Assembly (NCBI GenBank): GCA_965263295.1
Contig: OZ253665.1
Coordinates: forward strand, 2,208,001 to 2,272,000
DNA: 64,000 nt
Reading direction: 5' to 3'
From: Spirochaetia bacterium
GTDB taxonomy: Bacteria; Spirochaetota; Spirochaetia; SP-2023
Each line of letters begins with the position of its first letter. The stretch's first letter is position 1. Under the pieces are notes generated by a model that did no database searches, was not told where the DNA came from, and saw nothing but the letters and a program-made list of their open reading frames with translations. The position numbers and the translations under genes are program-made. Below, piece by piece: positions 45,674-56,849 of this stretch.

Positions 45674-48370
45674 ATGAAAAACTACGTTTTTTGTTTTGGC
45701 GGAAAAAATACCGCTGGCAGGGCCTCTCAAAGACTCTTGCTGGGAGGCAAGGGCGCCAATCTGGCGGAAATGGCCAGAGAGGGTATTCCCGTTCCCCCCG
45801 GCTTCACCATCAGCACCGAAGCTTGTCGCTATTACTACGAAAACGAACGACAATTCCCCGCTTCCTTTCAGGAAGCTGTTTTGCAGGCTCTGGAAGAATT
45901 GGAGGATTTCACCGCCAAGGGCTTCGGAGATCGACACAATCCTTTGCTGGTCTCCGTGCGTTCAGGGAGTAGCGTGTCGATGCCGGGCATGATGGACACC
46001 ATCCTGAATCTGGGGATCAACGATGCCGTGGTCGAGGGCTTGGCGCAAAAGACCCAAAACGACTGGTTTGCCTACGATTGTTACCGGCGCTTTATTCAGA
46101 TGTATGCCGACGTGGTGCTGAACGTGAAAAAGAAGAAATTTGAGCGCATCATTGACGAGATCAAAGAGTCTCGCGGCATTACGCAGGACAATCAAATGGC
46201 CGTTGAAGATTTGCACGGTCTGATACGCCGCTTTAAAGAATGTGTTTTGGAGGCCACCGGAGCTTCTTTCCCGCAGGACCCGCGGGAGCAGCTCTGGATG
46301 GCCGTGCGGGCCGTGTTTGAGTCTTGGATGAACGAGCGGTCTGTGTTTTACCGCCAGGTCAACCATATTGACCACAAGCTGGGAACGGCGGTCAACGTGC
46401 AATCCATGGTATTTGGCAACATGGGCGACCGCTCGGCGACGGGAGTGGCCTTTACGCGCAATCCTTCGACGGGGGAAAAAAAGTATTACGGCGAGTACCT
46501 GATCAATGCCCAGGGAGAGGATGTGGTGGCGGGTATCCGAACGCCCCAGCCCATTGTGGGCGGGCCCGAGTCCTTGCAATGCAAAATGCCCAAGACGTAC
46601 GACCAGCTGCGACAGGTGTTTGAGCAGCTGGAGTACCATTACAAGGACGTTCAGGACATCGAATTTACGGTCGAAGAAGAGAAATTGTGGATACTCCAGA
46701 CGCGCAACGCCAAACGCACGGCCGCGGCGGCAGTCAAGGTGGCCTACGACATGGTGGAAGAGAAAAAAATGACGGCCGCAGAGGCCATCATGAAGATTGA
46801 TGCATCGTCGGTGAACCAGCTGCTGCATCCCCAGCTGGACCCCGCTGAGGAGAGAAAAATATTGGGGAAAGGGTTGCCCGCTTCTCCGGGAGCGGCTTCG
46901 GGGAAGGTGGCGTTTTCTTATGCCAAGGTAATGGAGTTCTCCCAGGAGCATGAGAAATCTATCTTGGTGCGTGTGGAGACCAGTCCTGAAGACGTGCAAG
47001 GCATTTACAATTCCGCGGGGATCTTAACAGCGCGCGGGGGCATGACGTCCCACGCTGCGGTGGTGGCCAGAGGCGCCGGCAAGCCCTGCGTCAGCGGCGT
47101 GCTGGCGCTGGACATACACGAAGAGAAGGGACATTGCCGGCTGGGGGAAAAAGTCTTGCGTGAAGGGGACTTCCTGACCATTGACGGCACTTTGGGAGAT
47201 GTCATTGACGGGGTACATCCCACGATTGAGGCGGTTCTTTCTAAGGAATTTGAGGCGGTTTTAAGATGGGCGGACGCCATTCGCTCGCTTGAAGTGCGCG
47301 CCAATGCCGAGACATACGTGGACGCCAAAAAAGCTTTGGATTTTGGTGCGGAGGGCATTGGCCTGTGCCGCACCGAGCACATGTTTTTTGCCGAAGATCG
47401 CATCAATTGGGTGCGGGAGATGATTTTGGCCGAGGACGCCGAACAGCGACAAAAAGCCCTGGACAAACTGCTCCCTGTACAACAGGGGGACTTTGAGAAG
47501 CTGTTTGAACTCATGGGCGATAAGCCAGTGACCATTCGTCTTCTGGATCCGCCCCTGCATGAGTTTCTTCCCCACACGAAAGAAGAAATGGAAGCCTTGG
47601 CCAAAAGTTCCGCCTACTCTGTGGAATACATTTGCCAAAGGGCGGCCGTTCTGGAGGAAAGAAACCCCATGTTGGGGCATCGGGGCTGCCGCTTGGCCAT
47701 CTCTTATCCTGAGATATATACCATGCAGATGGAAGCCATTTTCAACGCCGCCTACGAAAACTACAAGAAGACGGGCAAGGATATCCGCCTTGAGGTCATG
47801 ATTCCCCTCGTGGGCACGGTCAGCGAAGTGGATTACATCCGCCAGAGTCTGGAAACTTTGCGCAGCGGAAAGGAAGAAGAGTTTCGTTACGAGTTCAGAC
47901 ACTCGTGGGGTTCGATGATAGAGGTGCCCAGGGCCGTGATCCGCGCGCGCGAGATCGCCCAGAGCCTGGACTTTTTCAGCTTTGGCACCAACGATCTGAC
48001 CCAAATGGTTTACGGACTCTCCAGAGACGACGCCGGTTTTTTCCTAGAAGAATACATACAGAAGGATATCTACGACTTTGACCCGTTTTTCCGGTTGGAC
48101 CAAAAAGGCGTGGGCGAGTTGATCAATTTGGGCGTGCGCCGGGGACGCGAGGGCAATCCCAACTTGAAACTGGGCATTTGCGGCGAACACGGCGGGCAAC
48201 CGGATTCTATCGATTTCTTTCATCGGGCGGGTCTGGACTATGTCTCCTGCTCGCCCTATCGAATACCTGTGGCCAGAATAGCCGCCGCTCAGGCGAAGTT
48301 GAGAAGTGATGCCGCTTGTGACGGGCCAAGAGATGGCCAAGGGGCGGTCAAGGGATCTAAAGCGGGGTAA
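45674..48370 (+). CDS. ppdK: Pyruvate, phosphate dikinase
   Basis: LLGGKGANLAEM, PLLVSVRSG, GGMTSHAAVVAR (phospho-His), GIGLCRTEHMF, GTNDLTQ, GICGEHGG. Confidence 0.98.
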   Translation: MKNYVFCFGGKNTAGRASQRLLLGGKGANLAEMAREGIPVPPGFTISTEACRYYYENERQFPASFQEAVLQALEELEDFTAKGFGDRHNPLLVSVRSGSSVSMPGMMDTILNLGINDAVVEGLAQKTQNDWFAYDCYRRFIQMYADVVLNVKKKKFERIIDEIKESRGITQDNQMAVEDLHGLIRRFKECVLEATGASFPQDPREQLWMAVRAVFESWMNERSVFYRQVNHIDHKLGTAVNVQSMVFGNMGDRSATGVAFTRNPSTGEKKYYGEYLINAQGEDVVAGIRTPQPIVGGPESLQCKMPKTYDQLRQVFEQLEYHYKDVQDIEFTVEEEKLWILQTRNAKRTAAAAVKVAYDMVEEKKMTAAEAIMKIDASSVNQLLHPQLDPAEERKILGKGLPASPGAASGKVAFSYAKVMEFSQEHEKSILVRVETSPEDVQGIYNSAGILTARGGMTSHAAVVARGAGKPCVSGVLALDIHEEKGHCRLGEKVLREGDFLTIDGTLGDVIDGVHPTIEAVLSKEFEAVLRWADAIRSLEVRANAETYVDAKKALDFGAEGIGLCRTEHMFFAEDRINWVREMILAEDAEQRQKALDKLLPVQQGDFEKLFELMGDKPVTIRLLDPPLHEFLPHTKEEMEALAKSSAYSVEYICQRAAVLEERNPMLGHRGCRLAISYPEIYTMQMEAIFNAAYENYKKTGKDIRLEVMIPLVGTVSEVDYIRQSLETLRSGKEEEFRYEFRHSWGSMIEVPRAVIRAREIAQSLDFFSFGTNDLTQMVYGLSRDDAGFFLEEYIQKDIYDFDPFFRLDQKGVGELINLGVRRGREGNPNLKLGICGEHGGQPDSIDFFHRAGLDYVSCSPYRIPVARIAAAQAKLRSDAACDGPRDGQGAVKGSKAG

Positions 48371-48707
48371 GGCAAGGGTTTTAAAGCTTGGCGCGAACCC
48401 TCGGTGCCATCCGTTGCACGCTTGATCTCAATCTTTACATCTTGCATGGATTCGCCCTCAAAATGGCGACATGCCTCTACTTGGGATGCGCGTCAAACCA
48501 TTGGCCGGATCTGGCGGGAAGAGCAAAATTGAGGGTTCTGTATTAACAGAAAATTGTTGTGAACGCTTGTTGATTCGCCGGCTTGACGCATGTGCTCAGA
48601 GCTAGCGGTCTATCATGTCATAGAGTTTGCCGAGGATTTTGAAGGATTTTGTAGAAAGTTCCGAGGCCATTGGTTTGCAGGTGTCTTAGGAGGGTGTCAA
48701 AGATTAA

Positions 48708-49136
48708 ATGAATAAATTGTTTGAATACCCGGAGCAATTATTGTGGGATCGGCAATTGCAAATTTTACACGAAGACGCGACCAAACAATGCATCTTAGAA
48801 GAAAACAGCGTTGATCTGATTGTCGCATCGCCTCTGTATAATCTGGGCAAGGCATACAGTGCCGAGGTAAAAACGGATTCTCTCAATTATGAAGATTATC
48901 TCGCGCTTACAAAGAAATGGCTGAGATGGCTAAGAATGAGTGGCTTGTGGGCCGAGTTGTTTAGGTCTTTGCGGCGGAGGATTTATTGCGCCTTTGAGCC
49001 TACGCAAGTGGCCATGCCTGCCATGCGAGTGGGCATGAACTACCATCCCGCACGTCAAGCGTCCGTGGAAACGATTATTGTTCTACAAAAAGAGGAATGG
49101 AAGAGGCATTACTCTCCTGTTTTTCTAGCTTCTTAA
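48708..49136 (+). pseudogene. Remnant of an N4/N6 DNA methyltransferase (beta class)
   Basis: ENSVDLIVASPLYN resembles the SPPYN motif IV with substitutions, followed by YEDYL-TKKWL. No FxGxG motif, short, and overlaps the 3' end of sdhB. Confidence 0.6.
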
Positions 49137-49848
49137 TACTGCGTTTCATCTGATTGATCAATTTTGTGATCGGGATACCTTGAGGGCAAACCTTTGTACA
49201 TTCAAACATATTGTCGCAGGACCAGACGCCATTAGGATGGTTGAGAGCCTCCAGTCGGGGGCTTAGCCCCTGGTCGCGGCTGTCATACACAAAGCGCGCG
49301 GCCTGGACCAGCGCCATTGGCCCCAGGAATTCGGGATTTTCTTCTACAACTGGGCAAGCGGAAATGCAGGCGCCGCAAGCGATGCAAGTTGAAGCCTTGT
49401 CTATGAGTTCAAGCTGTTCTGGTGTCTGGGAATATTCTTTCTCAACTCCATTTGAGCAGGCGTCTTCTACCTTCTCTGCAGGAATAAAGTACGGCTGCAC
49501 TTTTTTGTATTTGTCAAACATTAATTGCTGATTCACCAAAAGGTCTTTGCTGAGGGGCAGGTGCTTCAAAGGTTCAATGTCGACGGTATATTGATTGTCT
49601 TCCGTGGCGACATCTTTAAATAAGGCTTTACAGGCAAGCATTTCCACGCCATTGATGCGCATGGCGTCAGAGCCACAGACTCCGTGGATGCAACTGCGGC
49701 GAAACGCTAACGTCGGGTCGGCATTGCGCGCAATCTGTTCAAGGGAATCAATAACGCGGGAGCTGCCCTCGGTTTCCACGTGATACTCCGATATGTAATT
49801 TCCCCTTTCAGGGGAAAATCGCTTGATTTTAAGCGTAATATCCATCAT
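49075..49848 (-). CDS. sdhB: Succinate dehydrogenase/fumarate reductase Fe-S subunit
   Basis: FRRSCIHGVCGSD, CIACGACISACP, CDNMFECTKVCP. GGAGG RBS before ATG 49848. Confidence 0.93.
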   Translation of the reverse strand: MMDITLKIKRFSPERGNYISEYHVETEGSSRVIDSLEQIARNADPTLAFRRSCIHGVCGSDAMRINGVEMLACKALFKDVATEDNQYTVDIEPLKHLPLSKDLLVNQQLMFDKYKKVQPYFIPAEKVEDACSNGVEKEYSQTPEQLELIDKASTCIACGACISACPVVEENPEFLGPMALVQAARFVYDSRDQGLSPRLEALNHPNGVWSCDNMFECTKVCPQGIPITKLINQMKRSIKKLEKQESNASSIPLFVEQ

Positions 49849-49875
49849 TTTTTCCTCCAATCCTTTCAGCTTAAA

Positions 49876-51657
49876 TTAATATATTCTGGGTTTAGGAGCC
49901 CATTTTTGTGTGTCAACAGGATCGTATGAAACTTGTATACGATCATTTTCATCAATATGTATCATGCTGTGCCACAGAAAGTTGGCATCGTCCCGTTCGG
50001 GATAATCCTCGCGCGAATGCGCTCCGCGGCTCTCTTTGCGGGCGCGGGCCCCGGCTGTCAGCGTCCTGGCCAGGCGGAGCATATTCCCCAGTTCAAATTT
50101 CTTAAGTGCCGCAAAGTTGTAATTGGCAGTATCATTTTGAATGTCGATATCCTGATACATTTCGTAAATTTCGATCAGATCTTTTTGACAGGAAGCAAGC
50201 CCTTCTTCAGTCCGGAACACTCCGGCCTTTTCCGACATTGTGGCTTGCAATTTAGTTTGCACCTGGCCGATAGTCCAGTTCCCGGCATGTTTTCTGTAGA
50301 CCTGATCATAGGTCTCTCTAGCCTGGGCTAAGTTTCTGTGATTCAATGAGTCCATATCGACCATATCGACATGGGCAGCACCTTCGGCGATGTACTGGCT
50401 CATATGAACAGCCGCGCGCCGGCCAAAGACCAGTAAATCAATCAGACTGTTTGATCCCAATCGGTTGGCCCCATGAACGGAGACACAGGCACATTCTCCA
50501 GCGGCGTAGAGTCCCGCGAAATTCTGCTGGGAATAGCCGACGCGGCCATCGATATCGGTGGGAATCCCCCCCATGATATAATGGGCAGTCGGATGCACGG
50601 GTATCGGTTGTACCGCCGGATCAATCTTTAAATAAGTTTGACAAAATTTCGCCACATCGGGCAGCTTAGTCTGGACTATTTTTTTGCCCAGGTGAGTTGC
50701 GTCCAAGTACACATAATCGTTTACCTTGCCGCTACCTTGAATGCCACGACCCGCCTGAAGCTCCAGGGTGATTGCCCGCGATACCATGTCGCGTGGTGCC
50801 AAGTCCAGTAGTTTGGGAGAATAGTTGCGCATGAAGGCCTCGCCGGTACCATTGCGCAAAATGCCGCCTTCACCACGGACTCCTTCGGTAATTAAGATGC
50901 CAATACCCCGTATGCCGGTGGGGTGAAACTGAATGAATTCAAAGTCTTCGACGGGAACTCCGGCGTTCAGAGCCAGAGCCACGCCATCGCCGGTGTTTTC
51001 CAGGGCGTTGGAAGTGATCTGAAAAATGCGGCCGGCGCCGCCGGTGGCCAGCAATACAGCCTTGGCATGAAATATGTGCAGGATTCCGGTGGCCAGTTCA
51101 ACCGCGGCGACTCCCGTGCAGACGTGCCGTTCCATCAGGAGCTGAATCACCTGGAATTCGTCAAAAAAGCTCATGTTATGCTTGAGGCATTGTTGGTATA
51201 ATGTGTGTAAAATCAGATGACCGATGCGGTCTGCGGCAAAACAGGTCCGCATCACTGCGCCTTCGCCGAAGTGATGCGTGTGGCCGCCAAATTTGCGCTG
51301 GGCGATTTGTCCCTCGGGAGTGCGCGAGAACGGCAGCCCGCTGTGCTCCAAGTTATAAATTATTCTGGGGGCATCTTCGGCCAGGATCAGGGCGGCCTGC
51401 TGGTCGACCAAATAGTCCCCACCCTTGACGGTATCAAAGGCATGCCATTCGTGGCAATCCTCACCCATATTTCCAAGTGACGCCGCTATACCGCCCTGGG
51501 CGGCACCCGTATGGCTGCGCAGCGGAACAAGCTTGCTCACTATGGCGATTCTGGCCTCGGGGCTACGAGCCTGGGCCTCCAAAGCGGCGTAGAGGCCAGC
51601 GCCGCCGCCGCCGACAATAATTATATCAAAGTCATGTTGTTTTATATCTTCTTTCAT
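49876..51657 (-). CDS. sdhA: Succinate dehydrogenase/fumarate reductase flavoprotein
   Basis: [16 protein letters not shown] (covalent FAD His), [29 protein letters not shown]. Confidence 0.95.
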   Translation of the reverse strand: MKEDIKQHDFDIIIVGGGGAGLYAALEAQARSPEARIAIVSKLVPLRSHTGAAQGGIAASLGNMGEDCHEWHAFDTVKGGDYLVDQQAALILAEDAPRIIYNLEHSGLPFSRTPEGQIAQRKFGGHTHHFGEGAVMRTCFAADRIGHLILHTLYQQCLKHNMSFFDEFQVIQLLMERHVCTGVAAVELATGILHIFHAKAVLLATGGAGRIFQITSNALENTGDGVALALNAGVPVEDFEFIQFHPTGIRGIGILITEGVRGEGGILRNGTGEAFMRNYSPKLLDLAPRDMVSRAITLELQAGRGIQGSGKVNDYVYLDATHLGKKIVQTKLPDVAKFCQTYLKIDPAVQPIPVHPTAHYIMGGIPTDIDGRVGYSQQNFAGLYAAGECACVSVHGANRLGSNSLIDLLVFGRRAAVHMSQYIAEGAAHVDMVDMDSLNHRNLAQARETYDQVYRKHAGNWTIGQVQTKLQATMSEKAGVFRTEEGLASCQKDLIEIYEMYQDIDIQNDTANYNFAALKKFELGNMLRLARTLTAGARARKESRGAHSREDYPERDDANFLWHSMIHIDENDRIQVSYDPVDTQKWAPKPRIY

Positions 51658-52022
51658 ATTAAATAACTCAAATTAAATTTAGGATCTACAAATATCTTAA
51701 TAGCAATTATCCCCAAAATGCAAATTTTTTTTGATTTTTAAATATTTTTTTGTGTCAAGATTGAAAAGATCTGTTTTTTTTATTCTAATTTATAGCTGGT
51801 ACTATGACTTTTAATTATAGATTTATCTTACTTATTTATTTTAAATAGCAATAAAGAATATATAATTTTAAGTTGGCAAGATTATGGACTTTTTTGTCTA
51901 TCGTTAAAATTTTGGAAAATTTTTTGCAAAATTATAAATCTGTTTGTTATGATCATAAGGTAAGGAGTTGAAAGATTTAGAATTAAAAATTCAAGGATTT
52001 AAAAGTTAAGGAGTTTAAAATT

Positions 52023-53387
52023 ATGAAGTTTGATTTGATTGGTTTGTCGATGAACCAATTTGTATTACTGTTTATTGCCGTATTCATAGGCTTTTACATT
52101 GGCAAAATACTGCGGATAGGAGTTTCGGGTTGCCTTTTTTCGGGGCTGTTACTGGGATGGGCCATCACTAAATGGGCGCAAAATATTGTAGTTACGGCCG
52201 ATTTACATGTGGGTGCAGCCAATAAATTATTACAAATAAATGTTATAGATAAGATTTTTTTTACGTTTTCCATCATACTTTTTGTCACGGCCATTGGCTT
52301 TCTGGCTGCCGACAAGCTGGGATTTGTGGTTAAAAAATATGGGATAAAATTTATACTGCTCGGTTTTTTAATAACTTTTTCGGGAGCGGCAACGACTTAC
52401 CTCCTTACCGCTCTAAGCGGTAACTTCAACCCCTATGAGGTCTCTGGCGTTTACACGGGAGCCTTGACCAGTTCTCCCGGTTTGGCGGCGGCAATTGAGA
52501 CGACCAAAGATTCTGCGCGCGAACTGGCAGAGAATTATACCGATCTGAATGAACGCAAAAAGGAAGAAATTTTGACAATACTGGGCGATTATAATGCCGA
52601 GGATGCAAGTCAGAAATTAAAGCTGACGCAGGCAGAAATTGATGAATTTGTCGTAAAATCTGAAGCGGCGGTGGGCGTTGGCCATGCCATCGGTTATCCG
52701 TTTGGGGTGATTATCGTGATCTTGGCAATGCGATTCTTTCCGCTTTTGTTTAGAATGAATATTAAGGAAGAGTATGATAAATTTAATGCGGAAATGGCGC
52801 TCGCATCCGAGCGCAATGCGGAAGATCCAGGATTCATTCCCGTCTCATTTGATATTGGAGCATTTTGTTTTGCCTGCACTTTAGGTTATCTCCTGGGGAG
52901 CCTGAAAATATTTTTAGGTCCTCTGGGGTACTTCAGCCTGGGGGCGACAGGCGGTGCCTTGGTGGTTCCTCTATTATTGGGTTGCGTCGGCAAGATCGGC
53001 TTTATGAATTTCAGAATGGACAAGAAAATTCTAGGTGCCGTAAGAGAATTGGCATTGGCATTTTTCCTGGCAATCGTCGGGCTGCGCTATGGATTTGCCG
53101 TGATTGACGCACTGGTAAGTTCCGGTATTTATCTGGCATTTGTGGCATTGGTTGTCGGTTTAATTGCCATGATGCTGGGATTTGTAGTTGGAAGATACGT
53201 ATTCAAAATTAACTGGATCATGCTTTGTGGGGCTATTTGCGGTGGCATGACTTCGACTCCGGGCCTGGGGGCCGCCATAGATGCCCTCGACAATGACGAT
53301 CCGGCTGCGGGATACGGCGCGACATATCCATTCGCTTTGTTTGGAATGGTTCTGTTCACAATTATTCTTCACAGGATACCAATGTGA
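52023..53387 (+). CDS. AspT/YidE/YbjL-family antiporter (dicarboxylate/amino-acid exchanger), no TrkA-C domains
   Basis: Duplicated motifs GALTSSPGLAAA and GGMTSTPGLGAA; GYGATYPF. Confidence 0.88.
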   Translation: MKFDLIGLSMNQFVLLFIAVFIGFYIGKILRIGVSGCLFSGLLLGWAITKWAQNIVVTADLHVGAANKLLQINVIDKIFFTFSIILFVTAIGFLAADKLGFVVKKYGIKFILLGFLITFSGAATTYLLTALSGNFNPYEVSGVYTGALTSSPGLAAAIETTKDSARELAENYTDLNERKKEEILTILGDYNAEDASQKLKLTQAEIDEFVVKSEAAVGVGHAIGYPFGVIIVILAMRFFPLLFRMNIKEEYDKFNAEMALASERNAEDPGFIPVSFDIGAFCFACTLGYLLGSLKIFLGPLGYFSLGATGGALVVPLLLGCVGKIGFMNFRMDKKILGAVRELALAFFLAIVGLRYGFAVIDALVSSGIYLAFVALVVGLIAMMLGFVVGRYVFKINWIMLCGAICGGMTSTPGLGAAIDALDNDDPAAGYGATYPFALFGMVLFTIILHRIPM

Positions 53388-53451
53388 TAGGACCTCTATT
53401 GCAGCAGATTTAGGCAAATGAAATTTAAATTACAAAAGGAAGGAAAACAAA

Positions 53452-54633
53452 ATGTCGACAGTTTACGAAAAATCCTTGAATTTACACGAAAAACATAGGG
53501 GAAAATTAGAGGTAATTTCAAAGGTAAAAGTTACAAATAAAGAAGAATTGAGCCTCGCTTATTCTCCGGGAGTGGCCGAACCGTGCAGGAAGATTGCAAA
53601 GGACAAGGAAGATGTTTACAAATATACCAATAAAGGCAATTTGGTCGCAGTTATCACGGATGGTTCGGCGGTATTGGGCCTGGGGAACATCGGTCCTGAA
53701 GCCGCTCTGCCGGTGATGGAGGGAAAATCTATCTTGCTCAAAGAGTTTGCCGGAGTGGATTCTATTCCAATATGCTTGGCGACCCAAGATACAGAAGAAA
53801 TAATCAGGACCTGCAAGTTGTTGGCTCCGGGGCTCGGTGCGATAAACCTGGAAGATATTTCTGCGCCGCGCTGTATACAGATAGAAACGGCCTTGAAAGA
53901 GCAACTCGACATCCCCGTGTTTCACGACGATCAGCATGGGACTGCAATTGTTGTAACTGCGGCCCTGATTAATGCATATAAGTTGTTAAAGAAAGACTTA
54001 GGGAAGGCCAACGTAGTCGTCTGTGGTTCGGGGGCCGCGGGCAGTTCCATTGTCAGAATGCTAGATGAACTGGGTGTCAACGACATAATAGCTGTGGATA
54101 GCAAGGGCATATTATCCAGGGATGATCAGGCGCGGGAATACGATTTTCTCTCTAGAGAAATAGCTGCCATGACTAATTCTCAAAATATACAAGGCGGATT
54201 GTCCGAGGCTGTCCGCAGCGCGGATATTTTCATAGGTGTATCGGTACCGGCAATTTTGACTCAGGAGATGGTCAAGACTATGAATGCCGACCCGCTTGTG
54301 TTTGCCATGGCCAATCCCACACCGGAAATAATGCCGGATCAGGCTCTTGCGGCAGGGGCACGGATAGTGGGAACGGGAAGATCCGATTTTCCAAATCAAA
54401 TTAATAATGTGCTGGCATTCCCTGGATTATTCCGGGGTGCACTGGATGCCCAGGCCCGAAAAATAACGGAAGAAATGAAAATGGCAAGCGCGAAGGCAAT
54501 CGCGGACGTGCTAGATGAATCAGAACTTCGAGAGGATTATATTATACCCGATCCTTTTGATAACAGAGTGGTAAAAGTTGTCGCGGAAGCCGTGGCGAGA
54601 GTGGCAAAAGAGTTGGGAATTTGTAGAAGTTGA
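53452..54633 (+). CDS. NAD(P)-dependent malic enzyme
   Basis: AYSPGVAEPC, TDGSAVLGLGNIG, EDISAPRC, FHDDQHGT, AMANP, NQINNVLAFPG. Confidence 0.95.
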   Translation: MSTVYEKSLNLHEKHRGKLEVISKVKVTNKEELSLAYSPGVAEPCRKIAKDKEDVYKYTNKGNLVAVITDGSAVLGLGNIGPEAALPVMEGKSILLKEFAGVDSIPICLATQDTEEIIRTCKLLAPGLGAINLEDISAPRCIQIETALKEQLDIPVFHDDQHGTAIVVTAALINAYKLLKKDLGKANVVVCGSGAAGSSIVRMLDELGVNDIIAVDSKGILSRDDQAREYDFLSREIAAMTNSQNIQGGLSEAVRSADIFIGVSVPAILTQEMVKTMNADPLVFAMANPTPEIMPDQALAAGARIVGTGRSDFPNQINNVLAFPGLFRGALDAQARKITEEMKMASAKAIADVLDESELREDYIIPDPFDNRVVKVVAEAVARVAKELGICRS

Positions 54634-54965
54634 TAAGGATAGTTGCCTGTGTGCCGGCCCGCGACAGATACTGTGCGGCAGGCGGGGGCTCGCCTTTGAC
54701 TTCCCTAGATCTTTTCTCCTGGCAAGACTCGATTGAGAAACAAAATTCCCGGCAGATTGGAAAATTTCCAAGTGCCGGAATAAAAATTTTTATGATTTTA
54801 TGAAATCCAACGAGCTGGCCCAACTAGCCTAAGAAGCTGGAAGCTGGCCTCTGATTCCCTTTGATAAAAAAAGCTGCCCATGCAAAGCCGCCCATGCAAA
54901 GCCGCCCATGCGAGTTTTCCCCGTGTTTAAAGGGCAGCTTGAAACCTTTTGTGCCCTCGATTTGT

Positions 54966-56849
54966 CTATTTTTTACAAGAACTTACATATAAATAACGGG
55001 TCACTCCCAATATGACAAGCAGGGAAAGTATATTCGATATCCAACTGGCCAGTGGAATATCCAAAGTTAAATTGGAGACAATCAATATGGCCAAGAGAAT
55101 TCCGGCGATGGACTCTCCCGCAATCATACCGCTGGCCACCAAGATCCCTTTGTCATGGGCCTCCTCAATCTCGCCCCGCTTTGTCCTGTCGGCGAAGTGG
55201 CGGATTATCCCTCCAATCAGTATGGCAACCGAAAGGCTCAGGGGCAAATAAATTCCCACGGCTACAGGCATGACATGGGTTCTAAGCTTCACATCTGTCT
55301 TTTTTAGGCGTTCATTTAACACAATTAAAACAAGAGCGACAATACAACCGATAAAAAACATATTCCAGGGTATATTTCCTTCTCCGAATAGAGCCTCGGT
55401 TATGCTGGCAAACAGTGTGGCCTGAGGAGCTCGTAGCCCTTCGCCGATGCCGTAGGCGCTGTGCAATAGTGTCAGTACGGGAGCAATGGTAAATGCCGCG
55501 ATAAGAACTCCCAAAACCTGCCCGAATTGTTGATTGCGGGGAGTCGCTCCGAGCAAATACCCGGTCTTCAGGTCTTGGGAAATATCCGCCGCGGTGGCGG
55601 CGGCGCAGCAGACGACTCCCGCGACCCCCAGAGTGGCCAGAAAGGCATTTTCGCCTTTGAATCCGAATACCAACAGCAGGGCAGCCGTAAACAGTAAGGT
55701 ACAAATGGTCATTCCTGAAGCCGGATTGTTTGAGGAGCCAATAAGCCCCACAATGTAACTTGATACAGCCACAAAGAAGAACCCCGCAATAACCATGATC
55801 ACCATGGTCAAGACGGAGATACCAAAATTTTGCGTCAGAAAGCTGTAGAGAACGAGAATAATGATTACGCTCAAAGCGAAAAATCCCCCCATGGCCTGTA
55901 ATCCCATATCGCGGTCGGTTCGCTCTCCTCTATCCCGCCCGGCTCCTGTTTGGGCCTTCATAATACTCCGCAGGCCTCTAGCGACACTGGTTCTTACGGA
56001 AATAATCGACCAGATACCTCCGACAACCATGGCGCCCACGCCTATATACCGTATCTTGGTGGACCAGATTGCATAGGCAATGTCCACGGCATTGTTATCG
56101 AGGGGCATCTCTGTGGGAATTCTGAGCAGGGGAATCCCAATCAGCCAGGCGCCAAGCCCACCCAGAAACATCAGGAAGGCAATTTCCAGTTTGACAATAT
56201 ATCCCACGCCAATCAGTGCCGGAGAAATATCCATTCCGTAAAAGAAAACCCGATTGCCCATAAGCAATGAGGCGCCTTCCACGGTTCCCTTCAAGACCTG
56301 GACACCTGAAATAAAAATCTTGACCAGGCCCCCCATGAGCAGTCCTTTCATAATTGATGCGAAACCGCTCCCGCCGGATTCCCCCGCCTGCAGTACTTCC
56401 GCGCAGGCGATCCCTTCGGGGTAACTCAGCTCTTTTTCATCGACAATCAGGGCCTTGCGCAGTGGGATCATGAAGACCACGCCCAAAAGCCCCCCGGAAA
56501 TAGCGATCAAGGTGGTTGTCCAAAAATTAAAGGTTTGCCAGACCCCGATAATTACCAAGGCGGGAACGGTAAAAATAATTCCTGCCGCCAGCGTTTCTCC
56601 GGAGCTGGCAATTGTCTGAACTATATTGTTTTCTAGTAGGGTCCCCCTTTTCAGGATTCCCCTGAGGATGGCCATCGAAATGACCGCCGCCGGCACGGAG
56701 GCGGAAACGGTGATTCCCGCGTAAAGGCCAAGATAGGCGTTGGCGCCAGCCATAATGACCGACAATATCATGCCCAATATTACAGCTTTCAATGTAAACT
56801 CGGGGATTTTTTCTGCAGCTCCCGAATCTTTTTGCGTTGTGTCTTCCAT
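54966..56849 (-). CDS. OPT-family oligopeptide transporter
   Basis: ANAYLGL, ASVPAAVIS, ENNIVQT, YPEG, SNNPASG, QDLKTG, APQATL. Confidence 0.94.
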   Translation of the reverse strand: MEDTTQKDSGAAEKIPEFTLKAVILGMILSVIMAGANAYLGLYAGITVSASVPAAVISMAILRGILKRGTLLENNIVQTIASSGETLAAGIIFTVPALVIIGVWQTFNFWTTTLIAISGGLLGVVFMIPLRKALIVDEKELSYPEGIACAEVLQAGESGGSGFASIMKGLLMGGLVKIFISGVQVLKGTVEGASLLMGNRVFFYGMDISPALIGVGYIVKLEIAFLMFLGGLGAWLIGIPLLRIPTEMPLDNNAVDIAYAIWSTKIRYIGVGAMVVGGIWSIISVRTSVARGLRSIMKAQTGAGRDRGERTDRDMGLQAMGGFFALSVIIILVLYSFLTQNFGISVLTMVIMVIAGFFFVAVSSYIVGLIGSSNNPASGMTICTLLFTAALLLVFGFKGENAFLATLGVAGVVCCAAATAADISQDLKTGYLLGATPRNQQFGQVLGVLIAAFTIAPVLTLLHSAYGIGEGLRAPQATLFASITEALFGEGNIPWNMFFIGCIVALVLIVLNERLKKTDVKLRTHVMPVAVGIYLPLSLSVAILIGGIIRHFADRTKRGEIEEAHDKGILVASGMIAGESIAGILLAILIVSNLTLDIPLASWISNILSLLVILGVTRYLYVSSCKK

